From Candidatus Bathyarchaeia archaeon (GTDB lineage Archaea; Thermoproteota; Bathyarchaeia; TCS64), in contig JBEKDF010000043.1 in assembly GCA_050014495.1 (NCBI GenBank), positions 1-20,020 of the forward strand: a stretch of 20,020 nt of DNA. The letters run 5' to 3'. Within the stretch, counting starts at the first letter, position 1. Every line of letters starts with the position of its first letter. The notes beneath the pieces are model-generated. The model had not been told where the DNA came from and did no database searches. It saw only the letters and a list, made by a program, of their open reading frames with translations. The translations under genes and the position numbers were made by a program. Below, piece after piece: positions 8,881 to 17,236 of this stretch.

Positions 8881-8902
8881 CTTAATGCTAGTGTTTAGAA
8901 CA
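8881..8902 (-). promoter_or_regulatory. GTTCTA-N5-TAGCATTA operator/TATA element, copy 2
   Basis: Minus strand TGTTCTAAACACTAGCATTAAG, ending ~27 nt before ATG 8854. Confidence 0.65.
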
Positions 8903-8995
8903 GGGTACACGATACCTGAGTGGGCGGTAGAAGGCAACGATTCGGGCTCACATACAAGTTTTCTCGGGGAGATTCAGGGCTAGGAACCAAGAATC

Positions 8996-10414
8996 TCAGG
9001 ATTCTAGGTTTGACAATACTAGTATACCGTCAGCGCTTATCCCCAGGTCGTCCAAGGCCCACCTGGGGAAGACGAACACCTGCCCAGCATCATCGGGTGC
9101 CCGAACTGTAGCGGTGATGTTCACCGTCTCCCCTGTCCTCAGTGGCAAAGATCCAACTGGCTCGTAAGTTAGAACGTCTCTGAGCCTGTCCGCCATGTTC
9201 GACTGCACCTGATAGGGATCCCGGTACTGCGGGTCGATGATGAGCTTAGCATAAGGAGTATTCACATTGTATGAGATGAACGTCGCCGACACCGTGAAGG
9301 TGAGGTTGCCACCCCCCAAGATCTGTATCTGCTCCGGCAAATCAGGATACACAAGCTTCACGTAGCCATCAATACCCTGAGCAGCTGCCTTCGCAGCAGT
9401 GTCTACCTGAGACTCACTTAGCCCCAAGCCGCCTCGACCGTTCGTCGAATACACTTGGCCGGTGACCGGGTCAACCATGGCGTACATGTACATCCGCGTC
9501 CTGGCCCAGGGTGGATCGATATACGATGTGACCTGCCAGACGTACTTGTCAGTGTAGGGTGATTGAGGGTTGACATCGTATCCGAAGGCACCAACTATCT
9601 CCGCTGCCAACCCATAGGGGCTATCGAATAGACCAGCGTTGAGGGCGAGGCGCTTCGCTTCAGCCGCCGTGATGTTGTATGGCTGCAGGTTACCCTCCAC
9701 GGGAATTTCACCGGATTGCATTATGTACTCCGGATGGAACTCGAAGATGATTTTTTCATCCTTAGAGTAATTCCCCACCTCTATGCGGTAGCTGTATGTG
9801 ACTCTGGTCGCGTTTGGCTGATTGGCTGGATTTGACTCGACGGTGGGGTCGTGGAAGTACTTGTTGAAGTAGTCGACCCCGACTCTGTCTATGATGATGG
9901 TGGAGGCCCTTACAAGCGGGTTCTTCTCAAGGGTGGTCAGGGTCGAGTTGAGTCGACTCGAAGACGCTACGGAGGTGTTAAGTGCTGATTGCAGGTAGCT
10001 CTTCTCGATGCTCTGAGTGCTGTATCTTCCGGATAAGTCGAGGTACCTGTTGTTGAGCTCAATGAGCCCCAAGCCGGATACGACGAGGGCGACTACTAGG
10101 ACCGCTGCGAGCACCTTCATGATGGGCGAGGTGAAGGTTGATTTAACTACCTTACTCGGCTCCTCCACGCCTCTAATCAGGCCAGCCGTGGCCCTTCCGA
10201 AGTCGGATAACGTGTACTTCTCCTCGCCATTCTTGGTGATGAGTGAGCTCAGGGCCTCTAGGTGGTAGTTGAGGAGCCCGTTGTCTATGTTGAGGTCCCT
10301 CTGGATCTCCGTGTAGGTCGATGGCTTCTCGCCTATCATTCGTAGGATTCTTCGCCTTATGGGATGCTGTATTGCCTTGAAGATGGTGTTGTAGGTGTCC
10401 TCCTCGAAGCCCAT
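8996..10414 (-). CDS. Membrane-anchored ArsR-like winged-HTH regulator with large PepSY-like plus beta-rich ectodomain (regulator B)
   Basis: IFKAIQHPIRRRILRMI...NIDNGLLNYHL...KYTLSDFG, TM (VLAAVLVVALVVSGLGLI), coiled coil, then ITAAEAKRLA...YVWQVT...MVDPVTGQVY. Confidence 0.88.
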   Translation of the reverse strand: MGFEEDTYNTIFKAIQHPIRRRILRMIGEKPSTYTEIQRDLNIDNGLLNYHLEALSSLITKNGEEKYTLSDFGRATAGLIRGVEEPSKVVKSTFTSPIMKVLAAVLVVALVVSGLGLIELNNRYLDLSGRYSTQSIEKSYLQSALNTSVASSSRLNSTLTTLEKNPLVRASTIIIDRVGVDYFNKYFHDPTVESNPANQPNATRVTYSYRIEVGNYSKDEKIIFEFHPEYIMQSGEIPVEGNLQPYNITAAEAKRLALNAGLFDSPYGLAAEIVGAFGYDVNPQSPYTDKYVWQVTSYIDPPWARTRMYMYAMVDPVTGQVYSTNGRGGLGLSESQVDTAAKAAAQGIDGYVKLVYPDLPEQIQILGGGNLTFTVSATFISYNVNTPYAKLIIDPQYRDPYQVQSNMADRLRDVLTYEPVGSLPLRTGETVNITATVRAPDDAGQVFVFPRWALDDLGISADGILVLSNLES

Positions 10415-10440
10415 GGTCGGTCGATTGTACCTTACCCGGG

Positions 10441-10463
10441 CTTTAAAAAAGGGTTTTCGAGAA
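10441..10463 (-). promoter_or_regulatory. Promoter of regulator B: TTCTCGAAAA followed by TTTTTAAAG
   Basis: Minus strand TTCTCGAAAA-CCC-TTTTTTAAAG, with the TATA ~27-36 nt before ATG 10414. On the + strand the 10-mer (10454-10463) is identical to 3312-3321 although the gene is inverted. Confidence 0.6.
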
Positions 10464-10542
10464 ATCTTTTTCTCCTAAACTGTGCTATCAATTGAGTGTC
10501 GGGAGAAGAACTATTCTCTACGACGCGCTAAGTCATAACAAC

Positions 10543-10567
10543 TGTTCTATTCTCTAGCATTATATCC
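10543..10567 (+). promoter_or_regulatory. GTTCTA-N5-TAGCATTA operator/TATA element, copy 3 (divergent from regulator B)
   Basis: TGTTCTATTCTCTAGCATTATATCC. Confidence 0.65.
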
Positions 10568-10613
10568 GTCTAGGGTAGTAATGGATTAACAACAATAATG
10601 GTGGGAAAGACTC

Positions 10614-10658
10614 ATGAAACTTGTATACATCCTAATTATCATGCATGCGCGCGCGTAG
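10614..10658 (+). pseudogene. Signal-peptide stub truncated at a (GC)n junction
   Basis: MKLVYILIIM then HARA* where the GCGCGCGCG tract (10647-10655) begins. It lies downstream of motif copy 3. Confidence 0.35.
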
Positions 10659-10689
10659 TATGGCAGTCAATGCATAAAAGTGAAGCATT

Positions 10690-11982
10690 ATGATGAAATC
10701 ACAATTAGCCCTGTTGACGGCACTACTCTTCTTGGCCCTAACCCTCCCCACATCAAACGCCTCCTTAACCCGCTTAACCTACGATCAGATACAGTCACAG
10801 TCAGACCTCATCGTACTCGGAAAAGTGACAGGCTCAACAAGCCACACCGACTCGGGGAACGACACGGGTAACGTCCCCTACCTTATCAGACACGTGCAGG
10901 TGCAACAGTGCTACAAGGGAGGCGGGCCCCCGAGCATCGACGTGAAGGAGCTGGGGGGCGATCTGGGCAACGGGAACTCGATATGGGTCGAGGACCAGCC
11001 GGAGCTATCCGTCGGCACGACGTACGTCTTATTCCTCAAGGCTGACGGGTATGGCAACTACTACGTCTACGGGGGACCCGAAGGAGGCCTCGCCGTAGTA
11101 GATGGGGTTGCAAGCAACTCCATGTATACCCTTCAGGTCTCCGACTCCGGACTCATACCAGTCCCCGCATCCAACGTAAGCGTGACCGGATTCCACAATG
11201 AAACTTACCCGATAACCAACGGTCCAACAACCCTTGAGATCAAGGTCGGGGGAGGTACCAAGTTCGGATACTGGACTTTCCACGTCACATTCGACGGCGT
11301 TTCAGGCAAAGCCAAGGGATATGTCTCCGAGGACACGGTCAGTGATTTCGTGTACGGCTATGGTTCTTACGTCTCCTTCAGCCATAACTTCACGGTGCCC
11401 GGCGTCTACAGTGTCATCGTCGATGGAGTCAGCTGTGGTCAGCTGGAGGTGAAGCCGGGTGGTTCTCAGATGCATTTGACCTGGGCTGAGTTCTCCTCCG
11501 AGCCCCTCTTCGTCGATGAGCCGATAACTCTGCGTGTGGGGTCCATCCCATCGAACGTGACTGGGGAATATAGAGCCGTGGCGGTGGTAACCCCGAGGCT
11601 TGATGAGGCTGATCCCTACCTCGAGAGCTACGCCTCGTACAGTAGGGACTCACCCTGGTTCACCTTCAACTTCCTCATGAGGGAACCCGGTAAATACACC
11701 GTGACGATTTGGCAGAACGGCGTCAAGCAGCTGGCGAGGAAATTTATGGTTGTTAACTCGACATCGACTGGTGGTGGGCCTTTGAAGCCCGATTCCGCAG
11801 CCTCTCTCGCGGCTGAGCTCGCTGCGGGTAGGACGGCGAATACATCTACGCCTTATGTTTCTGATGTCGGAACACTTCCCGATTCTGCTACCCGGAATAA
11901 TTGGTATCCTTTGGAGGTCCTTCTGCTGCTCATGGTGGTTGCCGCCTCAGGGTTCCTCCTCTATAGAATAAGAGGGAAATAA
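10690..11982 (+). CDS. Secreted, C-terminally anchored multidomain surface protein (TIMP/NTR-like OB-type N-domain, two Ig-like domains)
   Basis: 430 aa with signal peptide; SDLIVLGKV...VQQCYKG...IDVKELGG...PELSVGTTYVLFL; FSHNFTVPGVYSVIVDG; C-terminal TM followed by RIRGK. Confidence 0.8.
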   Translation: MMKSQLALLTALLFLALTLPTSNASLTRLTYDQIQSQSDLIVLGKVTGSTSHTDSGNDTGNVPYLIRHVQVQQCYKGGGPPSIDVKELGGDLGNGNSIWVEDQPELSVGTTYVLFLKADGYGNYYVYGGPEGGLAVVDGVASNSMYTLQVSDSGLIPVPASNVSVTGFHNETYPITNGPTTLEIKVGGGTKFGYWTFHVTFDGVSGKAKGYVSEDTVSDFVYGYGSYVSFSHNFTVPGVYSVIVDGVSCGQLEVKPGGSQMHLTWAEFSSEPLFVDEPITLRVGSIPSNVTGEYRAVAVVTPRLDEADPYLESYASYSRDSPWFTFNFLMREPGKYTVTIWQNGVKQLARKFMVVNSTSTGGGPLKPDSAASLAAELAAGRTANTSTPYVSDVGTLPDSATRNNWYPLEVLLLLMVVAASGFLLYRIRGK

Positions 11983-12021
11983 GACCACTAGCTACGCTCC
12001 CAAGAAATGAGTTTGTTCACA

Positions 12022-12822
12022 TTACCCGCCTGGGACGTAGATGTTGGCGTATTCATCCTCGCCAGCCAGAGTGAACTTAACCCTGACCGCGTAGGACCCT
12101 TTGCTAGACGTCGTCTCCAACGGGATAAAGGGGCCCATAGCGTAGAAAGCAAGCCCAATGTTGAAGCGAACGGCTGCGGAGCCACCAGTCCTAAGAACCA
12201 GAGAGGTGACGTTCTGGGACACGTAGTAACCAACCGGAACCTCAACCACCGTTACGGAAACTGGCAGGGAAGCATCGTAGGAAGACTTCGCATCTATCCT
12301 AATATCGACATGAGCCACATCGGAGGGATCCTTAATGACCAAGGGATTCCTTGGGTCTGAGCCGTTGCTGATCGATGAGACGCCGAAGTATGGGGTAAAT
12401 ATCGTTGAAAATCCGTGGAACTGCTCCATGGCAGCCATGAGCTCCCCCGTATCCGCGTCGACGATGTATCTACCGGATCCAAGGTTGATTACATTAGGCT
12501 GACCATAATCCATGATCCAGTATGGCTTGTCTTCGCCGACTTGGGTCGGGGAGATGTATAGGTGGTTGAAGTTCCCGGCGTTTCGTAGGTACTCGTCCCA
12601 GTTGAGTGATATGTACTGAAGCTCAGCGCTCTCAAGGTGCTCGTCGCTTCTGCCAACCATATATGGATCCGCCTTTGAACTCGTCTCAACGATTTTCATT
12701 GCCTGCTCCTTCGATATCTTCACGTCGCTGCTCGGCATTTTCATGGTTAATGCTGCGAATGTTGTGACTGCTAGTATGCATGATACGATGGCTACTAGCT
12801 GCGTTTGTCTGGGGGGCGTCAA
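12022..12822 (-). CDS. Secreted PepSY-like plus Ig-like protein (paralog family of 6446..8854)
   Basis: 266 aa, TTG start; ISKEQAMKIV, LQYISLNW, VGEDKPYW, GSGRYIVDADTGE, YDASLPVS, LRTGGS. Confidence 0.85.
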   Translation of the reverse strand: MTPPRQTQLVAIVSCILAVTTFAALTMKMPSSDVKISKEQAMKIVETSSKADPYMVGRSDEHLESAELQYISLNWDEYLRNAGNFNHLYISPTQVGEDKPYWIMDYGQPNVINLGSGRYIVDADTGELMAAMEQFHGFSTIFTPYFGVSSISNGSDPRNPLVIKDPSDVAHVDIRIDAKSSYDASLPVSVTVVEVPVGYYVSQNVTSLVLRTGGSAAVRFNIGLAFYAMGPFIPLETTSSKGSYAVRVKFTLAGEDEYANIYVPGG

Positions 12823-13252
12823 TTAGATTACCAACTACAGGTACAATCAAAATGTTATTTAGACCTTAGTCTCAGGATTTACAACTGTAGAAAAAGCAAA
12901 ATCTAATAGATTGAAACTTCCGTAATCGTGCGCAATATTTAAGAAATATAAAATCAGTCTTCAAAGTTTAATGTCTTGTCCTTACTACATCCAGGTAGAG
13001 TGCTACGCAGATGCACTCAACAACGATCTCAAACCCTCCAATATCCCAAAGAACCTCAGCCCTCTCTGTAAAACTGATGACGAGTGGCAAAACTGTGAAC
13101 GATACAATAAGTCAGAGCTGGGCAAAGACCCGGATGAACCATAAAACCCTGGGGTGTTACACACGCATAGAATACAAAGGAAATCGGGGCTCGTATGCAT
13201 TCACTATGGAAAAGCGTAAAAATCATCCAGATTGCTAACTCATTCGACGCCA

Positions 13253-14518
13253 ATGATCAAGAAGAGGATCCTTATCACAGCCTTGGTCATAGTATTAGTC
13301 TCCCTACCTCTCGCTTTCCTACTACCCCCATACATGCGGTCGCAAGCTCAGACACAAGCCTACGCCGCATCGGACCAGAAAGCCGCAAACGCCGACCCCG
13401 AGATCGTGAATGCCAACACCCGCTTCGCGGTCTCGATGATCCAGCAACTAGCCAAGGAGGATCCTGGGAGCAACATATTGATCTCTCCACTCAGCGTCTC
13501 CACCGCCCTAACCATGGCGTACAACGGCGCCGGAGGAACGACGAAGGAGTCGATGGCTAGAACTCTTGGGGTAGAGAATATGAGCCTCAGCAGATTGGAT
13601 AACGGATACCTTAACCTGCTTCAGAGCCTCCAATCCGTCGACGACACGATCCAACTCAGCATAGCCGACTCGATGCTGGTGAAAGACGTGTTCGCGCCTA
13701 AGGTAAAGCAGAGTTTCACCGACAACGTCACGAATTACTTCATGGGTGAGGTCTCCATCCGCCCATTCGACTCCACCACGGTGACCTACATAAATAACTG
13801 GGTGAGCGAGAAGACGAATGGCGTGGTCCAGAAGATGCTGGACGCGATCGACCCGAAAGACGTAGTGATCCTGCTGAATACCATCTACTTCAAGGGAGCC
13901 TGGTCAAACATGTTCAACCCATCCTGGACACGCCCCGGCGTCTTCAAGCTGAGCGACGGATCAACGGCCACCGTCAGCTACATGAACAAGGAAGCGAGTT
14001 ACGGGTACCTCAACGACAGCGAGGCCCAAGCCATCAGACTACCCTACGGTAGGGGCAAGGTCGCGATGTATGTCTTTGTGCCCCGCTCATCGTTGGACTC
14101 CTTCCTTGATGGTTTGACTCGGGGGAGGCTCGACGGCTACTTCACACGCTTCCAGCAGAAGGATCTGGAGCTTAGTATGCCAAGGTTCAACGTGACTTAT
14201 GGGACGAGGAGCCTGAATGACGCGTTGAAGAGTCTCGGTATGGGTGTGGCCTTCGATTGGATGAATGCGGACTTCAGCGGTATCGCGTCGGGGCCGCCGA
14301 ATCTGGCCATAAGTCAGGTTGATCATAAGGCTTACGTCGGCGTCGGTGAGGGGGGGACGGTGGCCGCCGCGGCTACGTCGGTTGAGATTATTCAGACGGC
14401 CTCTAGGCCTGGGTTTGTGGTGGATAGGCCGTTTCTGTTCGTCATCAGGGACGACCGCTCCGGGTCGATACTCTTCATAGGAGAGATAGAGAATCCCCTG
14501 CAGACGACCTCTCCGTAA
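13253..14518 (+). CDS. Secreted or membrane-anchored serpin (serine protease inhibitor, MEROPS I4)
   Basis: NILISPLSVSTALTMAYNGAGGTT, INNWVSEKTNG, LLNTIYFKGAW, RLPY, MPRF, hinge EGGTVAAAAT and FVVDRPFLFVIRD...ILFIG. ATG 13253 gives the signal MIKKRILITALVIVLVSLPLAFLL; the ORF track starts at TTG 13232. Confidence 0.96.
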   Translation: MIKKRILITALVIVLVSLPLAFLLPPYMRSQAQTQAYAASDQKAANADPEIVNANTRFAVSMIQQLAKEDPGSNILISPLSVSTALTMAYNGAGGTTKESMARTLGVENMSLSRLDNGYLNLLQSLQSVDDTIQLSIADSMLVKDVFAPKVKQSFTDNVTNYFMGEVSIRPFDSTTVTYINNWVSEKTNGVVQKMLDAIDPKDVVILLNTIYFKGAWSNMFNPSWTRPGVFKLSDGSTATVSYMNKEASYGYLNDSEAQAIRLPYGRGKVAMYVFVPRSSLDSFLDGLTRGRLDGYFTRFQQKDLELSMPRFNVTYGTRSLNDALKSLGMGVAFDWMNADFSGIASGPPNLAISQVDHKAYVGVGEGGTVAAAATSVEIIQTASRPGFVVDRPFLFVIRDDRSGSILFIGEIENPLQTTSP

Positions 14519-14745
14519 TGTACTTTGTTGGGGATAGGATGCTTCTCCAAAAAGATACTCGCCGCCAGTTACGCGAATGGGCAATCCTCTTCGAGGATTA
14601 TCCTGGGCTTGGTAAGACTCTGCTGGCCAAGGCATTCGCGAAGGCGACTGGATGTGAATTTAGTCGTGTAGAACGAGGAAAGGAACACTAAGCCTGTGAG
14701 TCTCACCCTCAATGGTGACCTGTCGCTCCTCCCAAATGGGCTTCA
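14518..14745. pseudogene. moxR: Scrambled MoxR-family AAA+ ATPase relic (two fragments on opposite strands)
   Basis: + strand 14518-14670 reads YFVGDRMLLQK...ILFEDYPGLGKTLLAKAFAKATGCEFSRV (Walker A). The minus strand 14731-14669 reads EERQVTIEGETHRLSVPFLVL, the segment that precedes ATQNP in MoxR. Confidence 0.8.
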
Positions 14746-14809
14746 TCGGCTCCGGTGGGAAAACGATTATCACTGGGCTGATCACGCGCTCCTCACTCTT
14801 AATGGACTC

Positions 14810-14830
14810 GTTCTAATCACTAGCATTAAA
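14810..14830 (+). promoter_or_regulatory. GTTCTA-N5-TAGCATTA operator/TATA element, copy 4
   Basis: GTTCTAATCACTAGCATTAAA, ending 26 nt before ATG 14856. Confidence 0.65.
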
Positions 14831-14855
14831 CATAGGTCAATTGATAGAATGAACC

Positions 14856-15659
14856 ATGCTCTTTAGTTCCAAAACCACGATCACAGCCTTGATCTCAGTC
14901 ATCCTCGCGACCTCCGCCTTCATTTTAGTGGCTACAAATCAACAAGCATTCGGGGCAAAGATAAACGAGGAACAGGCAATCAACATACTCAAATCAAGCA
15001 ATAAAACTAATCACAGAATACTAAACGGCACCGTCACGACCCTAACCACCGACTTACAATACGTCGCACTCAACTGGACAAGTTACCTGAATAACACTGG
15101 AGCTGAACCCCATAGCCAAATATATGTCCCAGCCACCCCAGTAGGCGAATCCAGACCATACTGGTTCATTCACATTGAGTCTAGTTGGTACTACGGTTGG
15201 AGCAGTGGTTCTGGTACATACATCGTTGATGCGCAGAGTGGGGAGGTGATGCTCTCACTCGAAAGTATCGGTGGCGGAGTCTCGGCTGTTGGTCCAGATT
15301 ACCTGATCTCCTTCAACCCTCCTGCATATGATCCTGGCCCTCCACTTAGTGTTAAGCCTGGTGTGCTAACTCCAATCACGTTGACTTTGACTGCCCCATC
15401 GTACTACAATGCGTCGCTTCCCGTTTCGATTAGGGTAACTGATGTTCCGTTGGGCTATAGCATTGGGCCGAAGAACGCGACAGCTATCTTGACCACCGGC
15501 GGTTCAGTTTCCTTCGCTTTATTGGTTTTCCAACCGGTTCCGCATCCCGCTGACTTTTTGCCGCCGCCGACTGATCCTTATCCTCACTTTAACGTTGAGA
15601 TCAGCTTCCTTAGTCACACCGACTCTCATCCAATTTACATCGTTTCATCAAACAGGTAA
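14856..15659 (+). CDS. Secreted PepSY-like plus Ig-like protein (closest paralog of the N-third of 6446..8854)
   Basis: 267 aa; INEEQAINILK, LQYVALNW, PVGESRPYW, GSGTYIVDAQSGEVMLSLESIGGGVSAVGPDYL, YYNASLPVS, PADFL. Confidence 0.87.
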   Translation: MLFSSKTTITALISVILATSAFILVATNQQAFGAKINEEQAINILKSSNKTNHRILNGTVTTLTTDLQYVALNWTSYLNNTGAEPHSQIYVPATPVGESRPYWFIHIESSWYYGWSSGSGTYIVDAQSGEVMLSLESIGGGVSAVGPDYLISFNPPAYDPGPPLSVKPGVLTPITLTLTAPSYYNASLPVSIRVTDVPLGYSIGPKNATAILTTGGSVSFALLVFQPVPHPADFLPPPTDPYPHFNVEISFLSHTDSHPIYIVSSNR

Positions 15660-15691
15660 CAGCGACTCATTTCGCCAACCCCAAACCAATC

Positions 15692-15780
15692 CGCGCGCGC
15701 TTAAGGCCCTCGTCCTCGTTGGCGCGCGCTTAACGAGTGTCTCCTTCTCCTCCAGGGCTTCGAATGTGATTTGTGCGCGC
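15692..15780. repeat. Cluster of (GC)n tracts, including direct repeat GCGCGCGCTTAA x2
   Basis: GCGCGCGCTTAA at 15693-15704 and 15722-15733. GCGCGC 15775-15780 is the left target-site copy of the IS. Confidence 0.8.
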
Positions 15781-17065
15781 CGGCTTGTCCCGAAATTCAT
15801 CCAGGCTAGAATAAGCTTATTTTGATAGTTGAGGGTCTCGTCCTCTTGATGGTCTGTCCAACCGTAGGAGGTGAGTTCACTTAGGACAAGATGAACACGA
15901 GACCCTCGAAACACTCTTCAAAAACATCGACTTAAGCATTGCTGAACAGCAACTACTCGGCTGCTACCACACAGCCGGCCCCGGCAGGCCACCGAGGAAC
16001 CCCCTAGGCATACTCAGAGCCCTCCTAGTCATGCGATTGAAGGGAATCCGCAGCCTACGGGAGATGACCAGGATCCTCGACGTAGACAGACGCCTCAGAA
16101 AGCTCTGCCTCATCAAACCCAGCGAGAGGGGATACACGAGGTCAGTAATCAGCCGCTTCACCCACAGGGTCGGAGCCGACCGGATTCAGCTCATCATAGA
16201 GGAGAAGGTTGTGCGGCTCCTAAGGAGGGCTAAAGTGGAGGAGGTGGACGTCATCTTAGACGCCAGCTTCGTCAAGGCTTGGAGCAAAAGGCACCCCGAC
16301 GACGGTAGGATAGGCTTCTCAGACTCTGACGCGAAGGTCGGGAGGAACGGTCGAGGCTACGACCTCGGCTACAAGCTCCACGTCTCCGTGGATCAGAGGA
16401 GGATCCTGCCTCTGGCCGAGGTGATCGCTCCCGCCAACGAGAACGAGAAGAGGCACGCGCCGTCCCTGGTCGAGAGGACCCGGATGGTCCTAGGGAGGGC
16501 CGATGCTAGGCTCAGGAGCCTGATCGCGGACAGCCAGTACAGCAGCGCCAAGGTGAGAGGCCTGGTGGAGACTGCTGTGATCCCTTATACGGCAAGCCAG
16601 ATGCGTGGCGTGGATGTGCTGAGGGTGGATCGGAGGTTCAGGACACATGGCCCCGAGGTAGAGGTGGTTGAGTACCGTAGGCGGCCGGCGGTGGAGGCTT
16701 CGTTTGCCTTCATGAAGACCCAGTTCGGGTTGACTGTGAATAAGGTGAGGGGTCTGCTGGGTGTGTCGGTGTACGCTCTTCTTAGTGTGCTGTGCTGTGT
16801 GCTGAACAGGGAGGCGGCGGAGAACCTGGGTAGGCCGGAGAAGGCCATCTCGCCGACGTTCTTCAACGTCTAAGGGTTCGCGTCTACGGTCGGCGTATGG
16901 GCCGTGGTTAGTGGGTGCTGGGCTTGTCTGTGTCGTTTTTCAGTCGTTTTGCTGGTGGTGTGTTTTGTCTTTGGGGCTTTTTCGGTGTTGGGTCGTCGTT
17001 GGGGTTGATTGTTGGGGTTTTGTTGGTGATTGCTGTTCTAAAGTATTTGATTTAGGGACGAGCCA
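15781..17065 (+). mobile_element. Complete 1285-bp IS5/IS1182-like insertion sequence with 6-bp GCGCGC target-site duplication
   Basis: Left end CGGCTTGTCCCGAAATT and right end (reverse complement) TGGCTCGTCCCTAAATC. GCGCGC lies immediately outside both ends (15775-15780, 17066-17071). Single transposase ORF. Confidence 0.88.
15881..16873 (+). CDS. DDE transposase with DUF772/InsH-like N-domain, ~330 aa; start codon apparently non-canonical (TTA)
   Basis: The open frame extends 50 codons upstream of ATG 16031 (LGQDEHETLETLFKNIDLS...GPGRPPRNPLGILRALLVM). Catalytic motifs ILDASF, GYKLHVSVD, LIADSQYS, YRRRPAVEASFAFMK. SD GGAGGTGA 15867-15874 sits 6 nt before TTA 15881. Confidence 0.88.
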   Translation, partial: LGQDEHETLETLFKNIDLSIAEQQLLGCYHTAGPGRPPRNPLGILRALLVMRLKGIRSLREMTRILDVDRRLRKLCLIKPSERGYTRSVISRFTHRVGADRIQLIIEEKVVRLLRRAKVEEVDVILDASFVKAWSKRHPDDGRIGFSDSDAKVGRNGRGYDLGYKLHVSVDQRRILPLAEVIAPANENEKRHAPSLVERTRMVLGRADARLRSLIADSQYSSAKVRGLVETAVIPYTASQMRGVDVLRVDRRFRTHGPEVEVVEYRRRPAVEASFAFMKTQFGLTVNKVRGLLGVSVYALLSVLCCVLNREAAENLGRPEKAISPTFFNV

Positions 17066-17236
17066 GCGCGCATTCTTTGGATTGGCTATATTCTATTATT
17101 CAAGAAGACGCGCCTACGCTAAATACTAAATAAATACGGGCTGGTGCCCCTCTCCATCTTTTTTCATAGTCACATACTCAAACACGAGTGGAGAAGATTT
17201 CTTACCTAAATACTTGGATAGTCTAGGTAATTTTCC

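Noticed and set aside
8893..8900. TGTTTAGAA similarity between promoter motif copy 2 and the terminal IS repeat
   Set aside because: Only ~9 bp, no adjacent GCGCGC, and better explained as part of the promoter motif.
12830..12880. Fifth copy of the GTTCTA-N5-TAGCATTA motif upstream of 12822
   Set aside because: Minus strand GGTCTA-AA-TAACATTTT has the wrong spacing and several mismatches; at best degenerate.
12900..13250. Short ORFs upstream of the serpin (13003..13200, 13011..13238, 13056..13253)
   Set aside because: Mutually overlapping, no recognisable features; cannot be supported as genes.
14087..14635. 182-aa minus-strand ORF and the other short ORFs overlapping long genes (e.g. 1128..1322, 3248..3496, 3837..4136, 12007..12360, 13195..13560, 16585..16866)
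   Set aside because: Shadow or alternative-frame ORFs of well-supported genes, with no recognisable motifs.
14736..14816. Second Walker-A-like peptide MGFIGSGGKT
   Set aside because: Only ~26 codons with no further supporting motif; could be chance.
16911..17129. Hydrophobic Cys/Val/Gly-rich 72-aa ORF
   Set aside because: An artefact of the G/T-rich IS tail; it crosses the IS end.
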